From the NCBI GenBank assembly GCA_030425825.1, contig JAUHZY010000002.1, positions 34,377 to 98,376 on the forward strand: a stretch of DNA of 64,000 bases, written 5' to 3'. The notes beneath the pieces are model-generated. The model was not told the origin of the DNA and searched no databases. It worked only from the letters and a program-made list of their open reading frames with translations. Positions 1 to 11,636 of this stretch are shown here, piece after piece (positions within the stretch are counted from its first letter, which is position 1; the number at the start of each line of letters is the position of its first letter). The position numbers and the translations under genes are program-made. The stretch is from Alphaproteobacteria bacterium. Lineage in GTDB: Bacteria > Pseudomonadota > Alphaproteobacteria > JAUHZY01.

Positions 1-680
1 ATGCAAAGCTGCCGTGTTTTGTTGTATTCTTGATCAAAGTAAAAGTTCTGATTCCATGCGTAAGGTGGTTTTCTAAAAATCTTTTTGTTGTTCAAGATAC
101 CTTTTATGTACTGGCTTTTGGGGAGCCACCTATGCCCATGCCCACAAAGCATTGGCGGTTGCCCTTGAAAGCTCAAGAAATCAATGAAGTTTTTAAAATG
201 CCCATTAAGAACAAAAGATTTTTTAATATATGTGGGAAGATTTTTTTCAATGTCAGTGATGTTGATTGATAGGGGGGTAACACAGCGGTGCTTAGGAAAA
301 AGTTCTTTTAGCCGCTTGCTTCCAGCTGTTTTATCATCATAAATAAACGGTGTTTTTTTTGCATATTCCTCTAAAATAGATTTGAGTGTTTTTGGTTTCT
401 CTTGTAGTTGCGAGATTTCTATTTTTGTTGTTACTTTGATGTGATCTTGTGGGTATAGGCGCCTCACATTTTGTAGAAACGTGAGATTAGAAGGGATAAA
501 ACCTATTTGCAGAAAACTATCAAATGCAGATTGTCGTATTTTGTTTGAAGGGCACCTTTGTAAGGTTTTGTTGATATCGTCACTGGCAAAGCAACCGCTT
601 TCTTTTTCTATAAAAAAGATGGGTTTTAGGCTGTGAAATGATTTTTGAAAAGAAATGTCTACGCAGTTTTTTCTTGGCAT
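1..680 (-). CDS. Partial ORF running off the left edge; divergent asparagine synthase (AsnB)-like protein
   Basis: Manual translation from ATG at 680 (overlapping the glycosyltransferase end) is open to base 1: MPRKNCVDISFQKSFHSLKPIFFIEKESGCFASDD...AFDSFLQIGFIPSNLTFLQNVRRLYP. This resembles the AsnB glutaminase-domain pattern KPLFY..FASE..L..GY.P..T.F..I..L.P. Absent from the ORF track because it has no stop in the window. Confidence 0.5.
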   Translation of the reverse strand, partial: MPRKNCVDISFQKSFHSLKPIFFIEKESGCFASDDINKTLQRCPSNKIRQSAFDSFLQIGFIPSNLTFLQNVRRLYPQDHIKVTTKIEISQLQEKPKTLKSILEEYAKKTPFIYDDKTAGSKRLKELFPKHRCVTPLSINITDIEKNLPTYIKKSFVLNGHFKNFIDFLSFQGQPPMLCGHGHRWLPKSQYIKGILNNKKIFRKPPYAWNQNFYFDQEYNKTRQLC

Positions 681-1693
681 AAGCGTTCAAAAAGCTCCAA
701 ATATTGAGAGATAATTTTTTCTTCACTAAAGCTTTTTTTATATTCCTTTTTACCTGCGGCAGCCATTTTTTTCATTGCTTTAAGGTCGTCTAGAGCTTTT
801 TGAATATTCTTACTGCACCCTTGTACGTCATCTATTTCAAATAAAAGACCATTTTTTTCGTGTGTGATCAGCTCGCATGGCCCTTGTGATTTTGCAGCAA
901 TGATGGGTGTTTCATGATGCCATGCCTCTAGAATCACATTCCCTAAAGGCTCATGACGTGATGGGCACAAAAACAAATCAGCTGTTTTGATAAGGTTTGC
1001 TGTGTCTTCTCGCCACCCTAAGAAACGTATCCGTTCCTTTAAGCCAAGTTCCACGGTCATTTTTTTCAAGCTTTCTTCTTCGGGGCCAGTGCCTGCGATC
1101 CACAGATGACAATGCGGTGTTGTCGCAAGAGCTTGGATGGCCGTGTCAAAGGCTTTGTTTTCATGTAACCTACCTAAGCAAAGCAAAACAGGCATGTCGC
1201 TTGGTGTGTCGAAGTCTGTTTTTTCTAAGGCATGGCCTTCGTCATGTTCGTTGGTAAAGTTTGAGATATAGCTTGATCTGTTCTGATCCCAGCCCTGCTC
1301 ACCAAGCCACTTTACAATGTCTTTGGTATTCCCGATTAGGTGATGGCAGTTTTGATAGTATTTTAAATTATAATATCCGCCCAGCCTTGCTGCGTGAATA
1401 AAATCTCCTTTAGGAAGCTTTGATGTTGCGCGATTCATCCATGTCAGAACGATGTCTGGTTTAAATTCTTCAACAAGCTTCTTAAGTTCTTTTGATGTCT
1501 TGAAATCAAAAACGCCTCCGAAGGGAAGTTGTATAGGTTCAACACCAGACTTTCTAAGTCGCTCATAGCGGCCAAAGTCATTGCGAATGACGACTTTTTG
1601 ATTCATTTTTTCATGCAAAGATACACAAAGCTTTTCAAAGAAATTCTCTGCACCACCATGCGGTGCGCCTGCCATAACCTGCATGAGTCTCAT
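659..1693 (-). CDS. Glycosyltransferase family 4 (GT-B fold)
   Basis: N-terminal GGAE motif, LGRLHENKAF, and PSRHEPLGNVILEAW (E-x7-E) motif. Confidence 0.9.
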   Translation of the reverse strand: MRLMQVMAGAPHGGAENFFEKLCVSLHEKMNQKVVIRNDFGRYERLRKSGVEPIQLPFGGVFDFKTSKELKKLVEEFKPDIVLTWMNRATSKLPKGDFIHAARLGGYYNLKYYQNCHHLIGNTKDIVKWLGEQGWDQNRSSYISNFTNEHDEGHALEKTDFDTPSDMPVLLCLGRLHENKAFDTAIQALATTPHCHLWIAGTGPEEESLKKMTVELGLKERIRFLGWREDTANLIKTADLFLCPSRHEPLGNVILEAWHHETPIIAAKSQGPCELITHEKNGLLFEIDDVQGCSKNIQKALDDLKAMKKMAAAGKKEYKKSFSEEKIISQYLELFERLCQEKTA

Positions 1694-1797
1694 TTTGATT
1701 TGATCCTTCTCTTCTTTTTAGTAATTTGCCATAGGCAAAACGCTTTGATCAAGTTATCATAGGTGTTCGTGTTAAAAAACATACAAGGAAATATGAG

Positions 1798-3168
1798 ATG
1801 GCAACACTGGCTTGGGATAAAAAGACATGGCGAGGGAAAAAGGTACAACAAGTTCCTGTTTATCAAGATGAAAATGCTTTGAAAGCTGTAGAGTCTAAGT
1901 TGGATACTTTTCCGCCACTTGTTTTTGCGGGCGAGGTTCGCCGTTTAAAGCGCCGTTTGGCGAAAGTATCTGCAGGACAAGCGTTCCTATTGCAGGGTGG
2001 TGATTGTGCAGAAAGCTTTGCGGAATTTAATGCCAGAAATATTCGCGATACTTTTCGTGTTCTTTTACAGATGGCAATTGTGATGACTTTTTCTGGTGGC
2101 GTTCCTGTTGTAAAGGTGGGGCGTATTGCGGGCCAGTTTGCAAAACCAAGATCTTCCGACATTGAGACGCAAGGTGATGTGACGCTGCCAAGTTATCGCG
2201 GTGATATGGTGAATGGAATGGACTTCTCTGATGCTGCACGCCTTCCTGATCCCGCACGCATGGTCGACGTTTATCATCAATCTGCCTCAACGCTAAACCT
2301 GTTGCGCGCCTTCGCGACGGGTGGCTACGCTGATTTGCATCGTCTTCACCGTTGGGTGTTGGACTTTGTTGATGACTCTCCGCAAGCAGAAAAATATAGT
2401 GAGCTTTCAGCTCGGATTACGCAGTGCCTTCAATTTATGGAGGCATGTGGTTTGACGTCTGAAACAATACCACAGCTGCGTGAAACTGAATTTTATACAT
2501 CACACGAAGCGCTTCTTTTGCAGTATGAAGAAGGCTTGACGCGTAATGACAGTACAACAGGTGACTGGTACGATTGCTCGGCACATATGCTTTGGATTGG
2601 GAATCGTACACGCAATCCTGACGAGGCACATGTTGAGTTTTTGCGTGGCGTAAAAAACCCTATAGGTATTAAAGTTGGCCCTGGGATGCCAACAGATGAC
2701 TTGAAAAAACTTCTCGCGACACTAAACCCAGAAAATGAAGCAGGACGAATTACCCTTATTTCACGCATGGGTGCTGGTAATGTTGAAAAAAACCTTCCAG
2801 ATCTTGTGCGCGCAGTTGAATCAGAAGGTGCTAAAGTTGTTTGGAGTTGTGACCCAATGCATGGGAACACAATTAAGTCTGATAATGGTTATAAGACACG
2901 ACCTGTTGATCGTATCCTCACAGAGATAGAGGAATTTTTCGCTGTGCATGCAGCTGAAGGGACCTATGCAGGCGGTATCCATGTCGAAATGACAGGGCAA
3001 GATGTGACAGAGTGCTTGGGCGGCTCACATAATATTACCGAAGAAGACCTCTCTAGTCGTTATCACACACATTGTGACCCACGCTTGAATGCGAACCAAG
3101 CTCTAGAGGTCGCATTCTTGATTGCTGACAGCTTGAAAAAACAACGTGAGAAATGGTCAGATAAGTAA
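1798..3168 (+). CDS. Class II DAHP synthase (3-deoxy-7-phosphoheptulonate synthase)
   Basis: [31 protein letters not shown] and [10 protein letters not shown] motifs. Confidence 0.95.
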   Translation: MATLAWDKKTWRGKKVQQVPVYQDENALKAVESKLDTFPPLVFAGEVRRLKRRLAKVSAGQAFLLQGGDCAESFAEFNARNIRDTFRVLLQMAIVMTFSGGVPVVKVGRIAGQFAKPRSSDIETQGDVTLPSYRGDMVNGMDFSDAARLPDPARMVDVYHQSASTLNLLRAFATGGYADLHRLHRWVLDFVDDSPQAEKYSELSARITQCLQFMEACGLTSETIPQLRETEFYTSHEALLLQYEEGLTRNDSTTGDWYDCSAHMLWIGNRTRNPDEAHVEFLRGVKNPIGIKVGPGMPTDDLKKLLATLNPENEAGRITLISRMGAGNVEKNLPDLVRAVESEGAKVVWSCDPMHGNTIKSDNGYKTRPVDRILTEIEEFFAVHAAEGTYAGGIHVEMTGQDVTECLGGSHNITEEDLSSRYHTHCDPRLNANQALEVAFLIADSLKKQREKWSDK

Positions 3169-3180
3169 AGTCGTGTCATC

Positions 3181-5397
3181 TTAACGATTATTGAATAATC
3201 CTTCACGGATTCTTAGCATAGAGGGATCAATTTGGCCCTGACTGTCCTGTTCTGGAGAGGCGTTGTTTTGCAGCGTCTCTTGTAAGCTTTGTGTGTTTGA
3301 CCAGTTTTCAACGGTTTTTCTCAGTATCTCAATGAGTTCTGTGCTTACTTCTTCAAATCTGTTTATGTAACGTTGAACGAACCTCAGTTGGTCTTCTGAG
3401 TACTTTATTGTTGGCTCTATATCCTTCGCAAAGTCATTGATTGTCCTGCCAAGCTTTGTCGGAAACCCCCTTTTATCAACGTCTTTCAGTTTCGTTTTTT
3501 GTTCTTCGGAAAGACTGTCATAGAATTTTTGGAAGTCGCCCTGTAATTCTTTCAAATTATCAATATATTCTTGTGATAACTCTGGGGAAACATTTCTGAC
3601 TTTTTCTGCGAAGGCTTGTAAGGCTTCTGTTTGTTCCTGGGTCAGAATTTTAGATGACTTATCACCTAATGCTTCTTCAATCCGATCGGGAAAAAAGCTG
3701 ACATAGTAAAAGTGATGGCTTTCATTTCTGTATGTAAGGTAATCAATTTCATCATCTAGTTTCTCCTTTGCGTTCCAGAAAACTTGTGTTTTCTGGTCAA
3801 GACGCGCCATGTCTTTAAGTGTTTGTAAGTCCCACGAATTAGTGATGACAGATCCGTTTCTTAAAATAATATCACTTTTTAGCACATCAGAAGAAATTTG
3901 TGAAAAAACAGCAGTGATGGATCTAAAAATATCTTGGTTCTCTTCATTTAATCCTTCTATTTTGGGCTCGTTTTCTACATTCATGAGAATATATTCAGAG
4001 GCTTTTTCCATTTTTTCGGCAATCGTTAGCCCTTCCATAGATGAGCATTTATCGTATATCTCTCCGTAGACCTTCATATCCAGTTCCAGCAGCTCAAGAT
4101 CTTCTGAACCCAGTTCACCATATTCTATGAAGTGGTCTTTGAGAAACTGCAGACGATCCTCTCTGGTGCTTTTACCTATGAATTCTTTGAAAATATTTAT
4201 GGAGCCAAGCGTTTTGAAAAAAACAGCGTACTCAATGTGGTCTGCCAGATAGGCCTGACCCTCTAGTGTTTCTTGACATTGTTGTGCAGTGCTGGAGCTG
4301 ATTTGATCTGTCAGTTTTGAGGTTGCTTTGAACGTTGTAAAAAATTCTAGATTCTCATCCGCAGCATTTTTCGCATTTTTTTCTATAAAATTATTTCTGT
4401 ATCCAAAATCAGTTTGGACTGTGATATCTCGCAGAATCTCTTCTTGTAACCCGTCTCGGCTATAATCGCTGAAATACTGCCTGTTGTTCCAGAATATATC
4501 TTTGTTGAAGAGGTATTTATTTCTACTTTCTTCCAGAAGGGCAGCTGCGTAGAGCTTTGTTTTTTCTTCTTCGCTTAAATTCTCATTTTCTGCATGTTGT
4601 TTGCCCCACTGAATAAGTTGGAATTGCGAGGCATGTTCGGCTTCTTCAAAAGCTGTTGCAAAGAAATAATTTGTATCTTGAGTTGCAATGAGTTCTCTGG
4701 AAAAAACAATTTGCTGCCTTGTAATATCATAATATGCCATTGCTGTTGACAGCTTACCTTTTCCAATCGCCAAGAGAGGGTCAAGCAAGACAGGGATCGT
4801 TGCATCAGGGTTTACATGTCCGATCCTTATGTTTGCATAGCTTTGTGCGATATTAAAACGAAGCGGCGCAGGAAGGCTTTCAAAGTTTGGGACAAGTTCT
4901 TTCAACAAAGGATCATTTTGAATGTCTGCATTAATCTTTTGTTGTGTTTTTGATTTCCAGTCATTGTAACCTTCAGGGGGCTCGATACTGTTAATCAGGG
5001 CGTTGTATAAATCAAGATAGTCAGGATAAATAGATCGGCCTCTTTTTCCTTCAATGGCCACCATTTGTTTTTTTTCCTTATCCCATTTAAAGAGATCTTC
5101 AGGGTTTGGAAATTCCTGTAATAATTTTAATTTCTCCAGATAGGGCATCGTCTCAAGTGTTTTTTTGAGGCCTTCTCTTTTGATGTCTCGCTCGGCTTGC
5201 AGGACTTTTTGGTCGTAAGCTTTCTCAATGGAGATGCCTTCTTTTTTTTGTTTAGGGGTGTCGATATTGTCGTATATGCCCTTAACATAGTAATAGGCTT
5301 GTTCCGAAGTCGTCTTGCCGTATTTCTTTTTGTGCCAGGAGAATTCTGTGATGGATGCCTTTTCAAGCAGGATGTCGAGGATTTTTTTATCAGTCAT
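3181..5397 (-). CDS. Hypothetical 738-aa hydrophilic protein with a zincin-like EExxH motif
   Basis: Long open frame; AYYD..IVFS...FEEAEHASQ followed by YRNNFIEKNA; helical, E/K-rich C-terminal half. Confidence 0.75.
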   Translation of the reverse strand: MTDKKILDILLEKASITEFSWHKKKYGKTTSEQAYYYVKGIYDNIDTPKQKKEGISIEKAYDQKVLQAERDIKREGLKKTLETMPYLEKLKLLQEFPNPEDLFKWDKEKKQMVAIEGKRGRSIYPDYLDLYNALINSIEPPEGYNDWKSKTQQKINADIQNDPLLKELVPNFESLPAPLRFNIAQSYANIRIGHVNPDATIPVLLDPLLAIGKGKLSTAMAYYDITRQQIVFSRELIATQDTNYFFATAFEEAEHASQFQLIQWGKQHAENENLSEEEKTKLYAAALLEESRNKYLFNKDIFWNNRQYFSDYSRDGLQEEILRDITVQTDFGYRNNFIEKNAKNAADENLEFFTTFKATSKLTDQISSSTAQQCQETLEGQAYLADHIEYAVFFKTLGSINIFKEFIGKSTREDRLQFLKDHFIEYGELGSEDLELLELDMKVYGEIYDKCSSMEGLTIAEKMEKASEYILMNVENEPKIEGLNEENQDIFRSITAVFSQISSDVLKSDIILRNGSVITNSWDLQTLKDMARLDQKTQVFWNAKEKLDDEIDYLTYRNESHHFYYVSFFPDRIEEALGDKSSKILTQEQTEALQAFAEKVRNVSPELSQEYIDNLKELQGDFQKFYDSLSEEQKTKLKDVDKRGFPTKLGRTINDFAKDIEPTIKYSEDQLRFVQRYINRFEEVSTELIEILRKTVENWSNTQSLQETLQNNASPEQDSQGQIDPSMLRIREGLFNNR

Positions 5398-5556
5398 TCA
5401 TCTTACTTTTCATTCATTTCTAGATCTTGATTATAAATGATTTCTTGGGTGATGACAAGTTGTGCAAGTGATCGACTTATATCCTGCCTACAAATAGTCA
5501 TTCGGCAGAAATTACCTACTAGATCGTGAAATCGGAAAAAAAATGCATCTTTGCGC

Positions 5557-5585
5557 TTGACAGGGGGGTATGAAAACACTAGTAT
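5557..5585 (+). promoter_or_regulatory. sigma70-type promoter of the str operon
   Basis: TTGACA-N17-TAGTAT about 140 nt upstream of rpsL. Confidence 0.7.
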
Positions 5586-5722
5586 CCGCCTTCCCAATTG
5601 GGGTTTGTGAGGTGTAAAAGCCTTGCTAAGATTTAGTTTTTTGAAATCTATTGATTTAAATTTGCTTGGCTTTCGGTTTATCCGGTCAGGCATTTTGTTG
5701 CTTAAAATTTAAGGAATGTTTG

Positions 5723-6094
5723 ATGCCAACAATTAACCAACTTGTCCGTAAGGGTAGAAAAGTCCCTGCTAAAAGAAATAAAGTGCCCGCGCTTAAAGCT
5801 TGTCCACAGCGTCGTGGTGTTTGTACACGTGTTTATACAACAACGCCAAAGAAGCCAAACTCGGCCTTGCGTAAGGTTGCACGTATTCGTTTAACAAGTG
5901 GTTTTGAGGTGACTGGATATATTCCAGGTGAGGGGCATAACCTTCAGGAGCACTCTGTCGTGATGATTCGCGGTGGTCGTGTGAAGGATTTGCCTGGTGT
6001 TCGTTATCATATTATTCGTGGTACTTTGGATACGCAAGGCGTGGGCGATCGTCGTCAGCGTCGTTCAAAGTATGGTGCGAAAAGACCTAAATAG
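5723..6094 (+). CDS. rpsL: 30S ribosomal protein S12
   Basis: [30 protein letters not shown]; start moved to ATG 5723 after AAGGA. Confidence 0.99.
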   Translation: MPTINQLVRKGRKVPAKRNKVPALKACPQRRGVCTRVYTTTPKKPNSALRKVARIRLTSGFEVTGYIPGEGHNLQEHSVVMIRGGRVKDLPGVRYHIIRGTLDTQGVGDRRQRRSKYGAKRPK

Positions 6095-6107
6095 GTGGAG
6101 TTGAGAG

Positions 6108-6575
6108 ATGCGTCGTAGAAGACCTAAAAAATTACCCATTTTGCCTGATGCAAAATATAGCGATAAAAAGCTAGCTATGTTCATCAACAAAGTCATGTTG
6201 GATGGCAAAAAGTCTGTTTCTGAGAAAATCGTTTATGGTGCTTTTGATGAGATAGCAAAACAAACAAAGGAAGAGCCTTTGGCTTACTTCCACCAAGCTT
6301 TGGAAAACATTATGCCAACTGTTGAGGTTCGTTCTCGTCGTGTTGGTGGTGCAACATATCAGGTGCCTGTTGAGGTGCGTGCGACACGTGCGACAGCATT
6401 GGCAATGAAATGGATTATTGGCTTTGCGCGCAAGCGTGGCGAAAAAACAATGACTGAGCGTATGGCGAAAGAGCTTATGGATGCTTTCAACAAGCGCGGC
6501 GGTGCATTTAAAAAGCGTGAAGACACACACAAAATGGCTGAAGCAAACCGTGCGTTTGCTCACTATAAGTTTTAA
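6108..6575 (+). CDS. rpsG: 30S ribosomal protein S7
   Basis: [31 protein letters not shown]. Confidence 0.99.
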   Translation: MRRRRPKKLPILPDAKYSDKKLAMFINKVMLDGKKSVSEKIVYGAFDEIAKQTKEEPLAYFHQALENIMPTVEVRSRRVGGATYQVPVEVRATRATALAMKWIIGFARKRGEKTMTERMAKELMDAFNKRGGAFKKREDTHKMAEANRAFAHYKF

Positions 6576-6588
6576 GGGATAGGAAAAA

Positions 6589-8664
6589 ATGAGTCGTAAA
6601 ACACCATTAGATAGATATCGTAATATTGGAATTATGGCGCACATTGATGCTGGTAAAACAACAACGACTGAGCGTATTCTTTATTACACAGGTCGTTCGC
6701 ATAAAATCGGTGAAGTGCATGATGGTGCTGCAACGATGGATTGGATGGAGCAAGAGCAAGAACGTGGTATTACAATTACGTCTGCTGCAACAACTTGTTT
6801 TTGGAATGATCACCGCATTAACATTATTGATACGCCTGGTCACGTTGACTTCACGATTGAGGTTGAGCGTTCTTTGCGTGTTCTAGATGGTGCGGTTGCT
6901 GTTTTTGATTCTGTTGCGGGTGTTGAGCCTCAGTCTGAAACTGTTTGGCGTCAGGCTGATAAGTATGGTGTTCCACGTATGTGTTTCGTGAACAAGATGG
7001 ATCGTATGGGTGCAGACTTTTATCGTTGTGTTGATATGATTATTGATCGCTTGGGTGCGACGCCTTTGGTGTTGCAGTTGCCTGTCGGTGCTGAAGCAGA
7101 GTATACGGGCTTGATTGATCTTGTTGAGATGAAAGAGGTTAAGTGGCTTGAAGAGTCTTTGGGCGCAAAATTTGAAGTGAATGATATTCCTGCTGATTTA
7201 CAAGAAAAAGCTGCTGAATATCGTGAGCGTCTTGTTGAGGCGGCTGTCGAAATGGATGACGCTGCGATGGAAGCATATCTTGGTGGTGAAGAGCCAAGTG
7301 TTGAAGTGCTTAAAAAATGCATCCGCAAAGGTACAATTGGCAACATGTTTGTGCCTGTTCTTTGTGGGACTGCTTTCAAGAACAAGGGTGTTCAGCCTCT
7401 TCTTGATGCGGTTGTTGATTACATGCCTTCACCTCTTGATATTGAGGATGTTAAGGGTGTCAAGATGAATAGCGAAGAAGAAGATACGCGTCCGACATCT
7501 GATGACGCGCCTTTCTCTGCGTTGGCCTTTAAAATTATGACAGATCCGTTTGTTGGTTCTTTGACTTTTGCGCGTGTTTATTCAGGCGTATTAGAGGCTG
7601 GATCATATGTGATGAATTCTGTTGCTGATAATAAAGAGCGTGTTGGTCGTATGTTGGAAATGCATGCAAACAGCCGTGAGGATATTAAAACAGCGCGTGC
7701 CGGTGACATTATTGCGATTGCGGGCCTTAAGAATACAAGAACAGGTGATACGCTTTGTGATTCAATCAAGCCAATTATTCTGGAGCGTATGGAATTTCCT
7801 GATCCTGTTATTGAAGTTGCTGTTGAGCCTAAAACAAAAGCTGACCAAGAGAAAATGGGGATTGCTTTGGGTCGTTTGGCAGCCGAAGATCCTTCTTTCC
7901 GTGTAACATCTGATCCTGAGAGTGGGCAGACTGTTATTAAGGGTATGGGTGAGCTTCACCTTGAAATCCTTGTTGATCGTATGAAGCGTGAGTTTGGTGT
8001 TGATGCAAATGTTGGTGCGCCACAAGTTGCTTACCGTGAAACAATTACACAAGCTGCTGAAATTGATTACACACACAAAAAGCAGTCTGGTGGTTCTGGT
8101 CAGTTTGCGCGTGTTAAGATTGAGTTCGAGCCGCATGTTTCTGAAACTGGTTTTGAGTTTGAAAGCAAGATTGTTGGTGGTAATGTTCCGCGTGAATATA
8201 TCCCAGGTGTTGAAAAAGGTCTGAAGACAGCTGCTGAAAACGGTATTATTGCTGGCTTCCCGTTGATTAACTTTAAAGCAACTTTGGTCGATGGTGCTTA
8301 TCATGATGTTGATTCATCTGTGATGGCTTTTGAAATTGCTGGCCGTGCTGCTTTTAGAGAAGGCGCAAGAAAGTCAGGCCCTGTTCTTCTTGAGCCAATC
8401 ATGAAGGTTGAAGTGGTGACACCAGAAGATTACACAGGCGATATTATTGGTGATTTGAACTCTCGTCGTGGTCAAGTGTCAGATATGGACACACGTGGAA
8501 ATGCAAAAGTTATTTCTGCGGAAGTGCCGCTTGCGAATATGTTTGGTTATGTGAACAATTTGCGTTCTCTTTCTCAAGGGCGCGCGCAGTACACAATGGT
8601 TTTTGAAAAATATGCACAAGTCCCTCAGAACGTAGCGGACGAGATTGCTGAAAAAGTAGCTTAA
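6589..8664 (+). CDS. fusA: Elongation factor G
   Basis: [27 protein letters not shown]; 691 aa. Confidence 0.99.
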   Translation: MSRKTPLDRYRNIGIMAHIDAGKTTTTERILYYTGRSHKIGEVHDGAATMDWMEQEQERGITITSAATTCFWNDHRINIIDTPGHVDFTIEVERSLRVLDGAVAVFDSVAGVEPQSETVWRQADKYGVPRMCFVNKMDRMGADFYRCVDMIIDRLGATPLVLQLPVGAEAEYTGLIDLVEMKEVKWLEESLGAKFEVNDIPADLQEKAAEYRERLVEAAVEMDDAAMEAYLGGEEPSVEVLKKCIRKGTIGNMFVPVLCGTAFKNKGVQPLLDAVVDYMPSPLDIEDVKGVKMNSEEEDTRPTSDDAPFSALAFKIMTDPFVGSLTFARVYSGVLEAGSYVMNSVADNKERVGRMLEMHANSREDIKTARAGDIIAIAGLKNTRTGDTLCDSIKPIILERMEFPDPVIEVAVEPKTKADQEKMGIALGRLAAEDPSFRVTSDPESGQTVIKGMGELHLEILVDRMKREFGVDANVGAPQVAYRETITQAAEIDYTHKKQSGGSGQFARVKIEFEPHVSETGFEFESKIVGGNVPREYIPGVEKGLKTAAENGIIAGFPLINFKATLVDGAYHDVDSSVMAFEIAGRAAFREGARKSGPVLLEPIMKVEVVTPEDYTGDIIGDLNSRRGQVSDMDTRGNAKVISAEVPLANMFGYVNNLRSLSQGRAQYTMVFEKYAQVPQNVADEIAEKVA

Positions 8665-8676
8665 AGGAGTTAAAAG

Positions 8677-9867
8677 ATGTCTAAAGAGAAGTTTGAGCGT
8701 AATAAGCCACATGTGAATGTTGGGACGATTGGTCACGTTGATCACGGTAAGACGACTTTGACGGCTGCGATTAGTCGTGTATTGAGTGATGCTGGTTTGG
8801 CTGCGAAGGTTGATTTTGATGGTATTGATAAGGCTCCTGAGGAGAAGGAGCGTGGTATTACGATTAGTGCTGCTCATATTGAGTATGAGACTGCGAATCG
8901 TCACTATGCGCACGTTGATTGTCCTGGTCACGCTGATTATGTGAAGAACATGATTACTGGTGCTGCTCAGATGGATGGTGCGATTTTGGTTGTGAACGCT
9001 GCTGATGGTCCTATGCCACAGACACGTGAGCATATTTTGTTGGCGCGTCAGGTTGGTGTTCCTGCTTTGGTTGTCTTTTTGAACAAAGTTGACATGGTTG
9101 ATGATGCTGAGTTGTTAGAGTTGGTTGAGCTTGAAGTTCGTGAGCTTTTAAGTTCTTATGATTTTCCTGGCGACGATATTCCGATTATTGCTGGTTCAGC
9201 TTTGGCTGCCCTTGAGGGTCGTGATGAGGAGATTGGTTCGAAGAAGATTATGGAATTGATGGATGCTGTTGATACTTATATTCCTGAGCCTAATCGTCCG
9301 AAGGACAAGCCATTTTTGATGCCGATTGAGGATGTGTTTAGTATTTCTGGTCGTGGTACAGTGACGACGGGTCGTATTGAGCAGGGTGTTGTGAACGTTG
9401 GTGACGAGATTGAGATTGTTGGTATTCGTGATACACAGAAGACGACGATTACAGGTGTTGAGATGTTCCGTAAGCTTCTTGATAGTGGTGAGGCTGGCGA
9501 TAATGTAGGTGCTTTGCTTCGTGGTTTGAAGCGTGAGGATGTTGAGCGTGGTCAGGTGTTGTGTGCGCCTGGTTCGATTAAGCCTCATACGAAGTTTGAA
9601 GCTGAGGCTTATATTTTGACGAAAGAAGAAGGTGGTCGTCATACACCATTTTTTAGTGGTTATCGTCCACAGTTTTACTTCCGTACGACGGATGTGACGG
9701 GTGATGTTGTGTTGCCTGATGGTGTTGAGATGGTTATGCCTGGTGATAACATTAAGATGTCTGTGACATTGGGTGCGCCGATTGCGATGGATGAAGGTTT
9801 ACGCTTTGCGATTCGTGAAGGTGGCCGTACCGTCGGTGCAGGGGTCGTCTCTAAAATTATTGAATAG
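8677..9867 (+). CDS. tuf: Elongation factor Tu
   Basis: [34 protein letters not shown]. Confidence 0.99.
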   Translation: MSKEKFERNKPHVNVGTIGHVDHGKTTLTAAISRVLSDAGLAAKVDFDGIDKAPEEKERGITISAAHIEYETANRHYAHVDCPGHADYVKNMITGAAQMDGAILVVNAADGPMPQTREHILLARQVGVPALVVFLNKVDMVDDAELLELVELEVRELLSSYDFPGDDIPIIAGSALAALEGRDEEIGSKKIMELMDAVDTYIPEPNRPKDKPFLMPIEDVFSISGRGTVTTGRIEQGVVNVGDEIEIVGIRDTQKTTITGVEMFRKLLDSGEAGDNVGALLRGLKREDVERGQVLCAPGSIKPHTKFEAEAYILTKEEGGRHTPFFSGYRPQFYFRTTDVTGDVVLPDGVEMVMPGDNIKMSVTLGAPIAMDEGLRFAIREGGRTVGAGVVSKIIE

Positions 9868-9903
9868 TTAAATTTGAGTTGATGAAGGTAAAGGTTTAAA
9901 AAT

Positions 9904-10230
9904 ATGGAAAACCAAAATATAAGAATCCGATTGAAAGCTTTTGATCACCGTGTTCTCGACCAGTCTACGAATGAGATTGTCAGTACTGCGAAAAGAACTG
10001 GTGCGAAAGTAAAGGGCCCAATCCCTTTGCCAACGAGATTCGAAAGATTCACAGTTCTTCGTTCACCTCATGTGAATAAGAAGTCTCGTGAGCAGTTCGA
10101 AATTAGAACGCATAAGAGATTATTGGATATCGTTGAGCCAACGCCTCAGACAGTTGACGCGTTGATGAAGTTAGACTTGGCGGCTGGTGTTGATGTTGAA
10201 ATCAAGCTGATGACAGCAGCGGTTGCATAA
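9904..10230 (+). CDS. rpsJ: 30S ribosomal protein S10
   Basis: [31 protein letters not shown]. Confidence 0.99.
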   Translation: MENQNIRIRLKAFDHRVLDQSTNEIVSTAKRTGAKVKGPIPLPTRFERFTVLRSPHVNKKSREQFEIRTHKRLLDIVEPTPQTVDALMKLDLAAGVDVEIKLMTAAVA

Positions 10231-10248
10231 GAGATTTAGGTGGAGAAA

Positions 10249-10989
10249 ATGATGCGTACGGGATTAATTGCTGAAAAACTTGGAATGACACGCGTTTTTG
10301 ATCAAGCGGGTCGCCATATTCCTGTGACTGTTTTGCATGTCGATGGCTGTCAGGTTGTTGATGTAAAGACAGAAGAAAAAAACGGCTATACAGCTGTTCA
10401 GGTTGGTGTTGGCAAGGCAAAAACAAAAAATATTTCTAAAGCTGTGCGTGGAAGTTATGCAAAAGCGAAGGTTGAGCCAAAGAAAAAAACAGTTGAGTTT
10501 CGCGTAAGTGCAGACGCTCTTGTTACTGTTGGTGAAGAAATTACAGTTGATCACTTTGTTGATGGTCAGTTCGTTGATGTTGTTGGTACGTCAATTGGTA
10601 AAGGTTTTGCGGGTGCAATGAAGCGTCACAACTTTGCTGGTCTTGAGGCGTCACATGGTGTTTCTATTTCACACAGAGCACATGGTTCAACGGGTCAATG
10701 TCAAGATCCTGGTAAGGTTTTTAAGGGTAAGAAAATGGCTGGTCACATGGGCGCAAAGCGCGTGACTGTTCAAAACCTTCAGGTTGTTAAGACAGATACA
10801 GATAAGGGTCTTGTTTTTGTAAAGGGTGCTGTGCCTGGATCAAGAGGCGGTTATGTGTTGATAAAAGATGCGATTAAGAAAATGATGCCTGAAGGGCTTC
10901 CTTTTCCTGCAGCGCTAAAATCGGCAGCGAAAGCTGATGCGCCAAAAGAAGAAGTTTCTTCTGAGGCTGCTGAACAAACACAAGAATAA
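10249..10989 (+). CDS. rplC: 50S ribosomal protein L3
   Basis: [30 protein letters not shown]; start 10249 or 10252 after GGAG. Confidence 0.98.
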   Translation: MMRTGLIAEKLGMTRVFDQAGRHIPVTVLHVDGCQVVDVKTEEKNGYTAVQVGVGKAKTKNISKAVRGSYAKAKVEPKKKTVEFRVSADALVTVGEEITVDHFVDGQFVDVVGTSIGKGFAGAMKRHNFAGLEASHGVSISHRAHGSTGQCQDPGKVFKGKKMAGHMGAKRVTVQNLQVVKTDTDKGLVFVKGAVPGSRGGYVLIKDAIKKMMPEGLPFPAALKSAAKADAPKEEVSSEAAEQTQE

Positions 10990-11001
10990 TTAGAGGTTAA
11001 A

Positions 11002-11634
11002 ATGCAAGTAACAGTTAAAACACTTGAGAATAAAGAAGCTGGTAAGGTTGATCTAAAAGATTCAATCTTTGCTGTTGAGCCGCGTGCTGATATTTTGCAC
11101 CGTGTCGTGAATTGGCAGCTGGCAAAAAGACAGGCTGGAACGCATAGTACAAAGCGTATTCAGGATATTCGTGGAACATCTGCGAAGCCGCATAAGCAAA
11201 AAGGAACAGGTAAGGCCCGTCAAGGTAGCTTGCGTTCCCCGCAAATGCGTGGTGGTGCGACAATGCACGGCCCTTTACCAAGGTCTCATGCGTATAGTTT
11301 ACCTAAAAAGGTTCGCGTTCTAGGATTGAAGATGGCGCTTTCAGAAAAGCAAAAATCAGGTGATTTGATTGTTGTTGACAGTTTAGATGTTAAGGGTTCA
11401 AAAACAAAATCACTCACTAATACTTTGAACGCTTCTGGTATTACTTCCCTTTTGGTTATTGATGGCTCAGAGGTAACACAGTCTTTCGCAAAGGCTGCAT
11501 CGAACATTGCTAATATTGATGTTTTGCCAATTCAAGGTGCAAATGTTTATGACATTATGAGACGTGAAAAATTAATGCTGACAAAAGAGGCTTTGGCTGC
11601 TTTGGAAGCAAGATTCAGCGAGGATAAGAAATAA
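11002..11634 (+). CDS. rplD: 50S ribosomal protein L4
   Basis: [16 protein letters not shown] motif; position in S10 operon. Confidence 0.98.
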   Translation: MQVTVKTLENKEAGKVDLKDSIFAVEPRADILHRVVNWQLAKRQAGTHSTKRIQDIRGTSAKPHKQKGTGKARQGSLRSPQMRGGATMHGPLPRSHAYSLPKKVRVLGLKMALSEKQKSGDLIVVDSLDVKGSKTKSLTNTLNASGITSLLVIDGSEVTQSFAKAASNIANIDVLPIQGANVYDIMRREKLMLTKEALAALEARFSEDKK

Positions 11635-11636
11635 AG

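Noticed and set aside
30-269. 79-aa plus-strand ORF at window start
   Set aside because: Lies antisense to the longer uninterrupted minus-strand frame 680 to <1
5503-5517. CGGCAGAAATTACCT, resembling a FlbD (ftr) enhancer upstream of the 738-aa gene
   Set aside because: Second half-site is imperfect and no proper GG-N10-GC sigma54 promoter is present for that gene (nearest candidate has AG instead of GG)
5403-5693. 96-aa minus-strand ORF in the intergenic region before rpsL
   Set aside because: Overlaps the rpsL promoter and leader and has no recognisable features; likely spurious
5723-6094. Streptomycin-resistance substitutions in S12
   Set aside because: PKKPNS and RVKDLPG motifs are wild type
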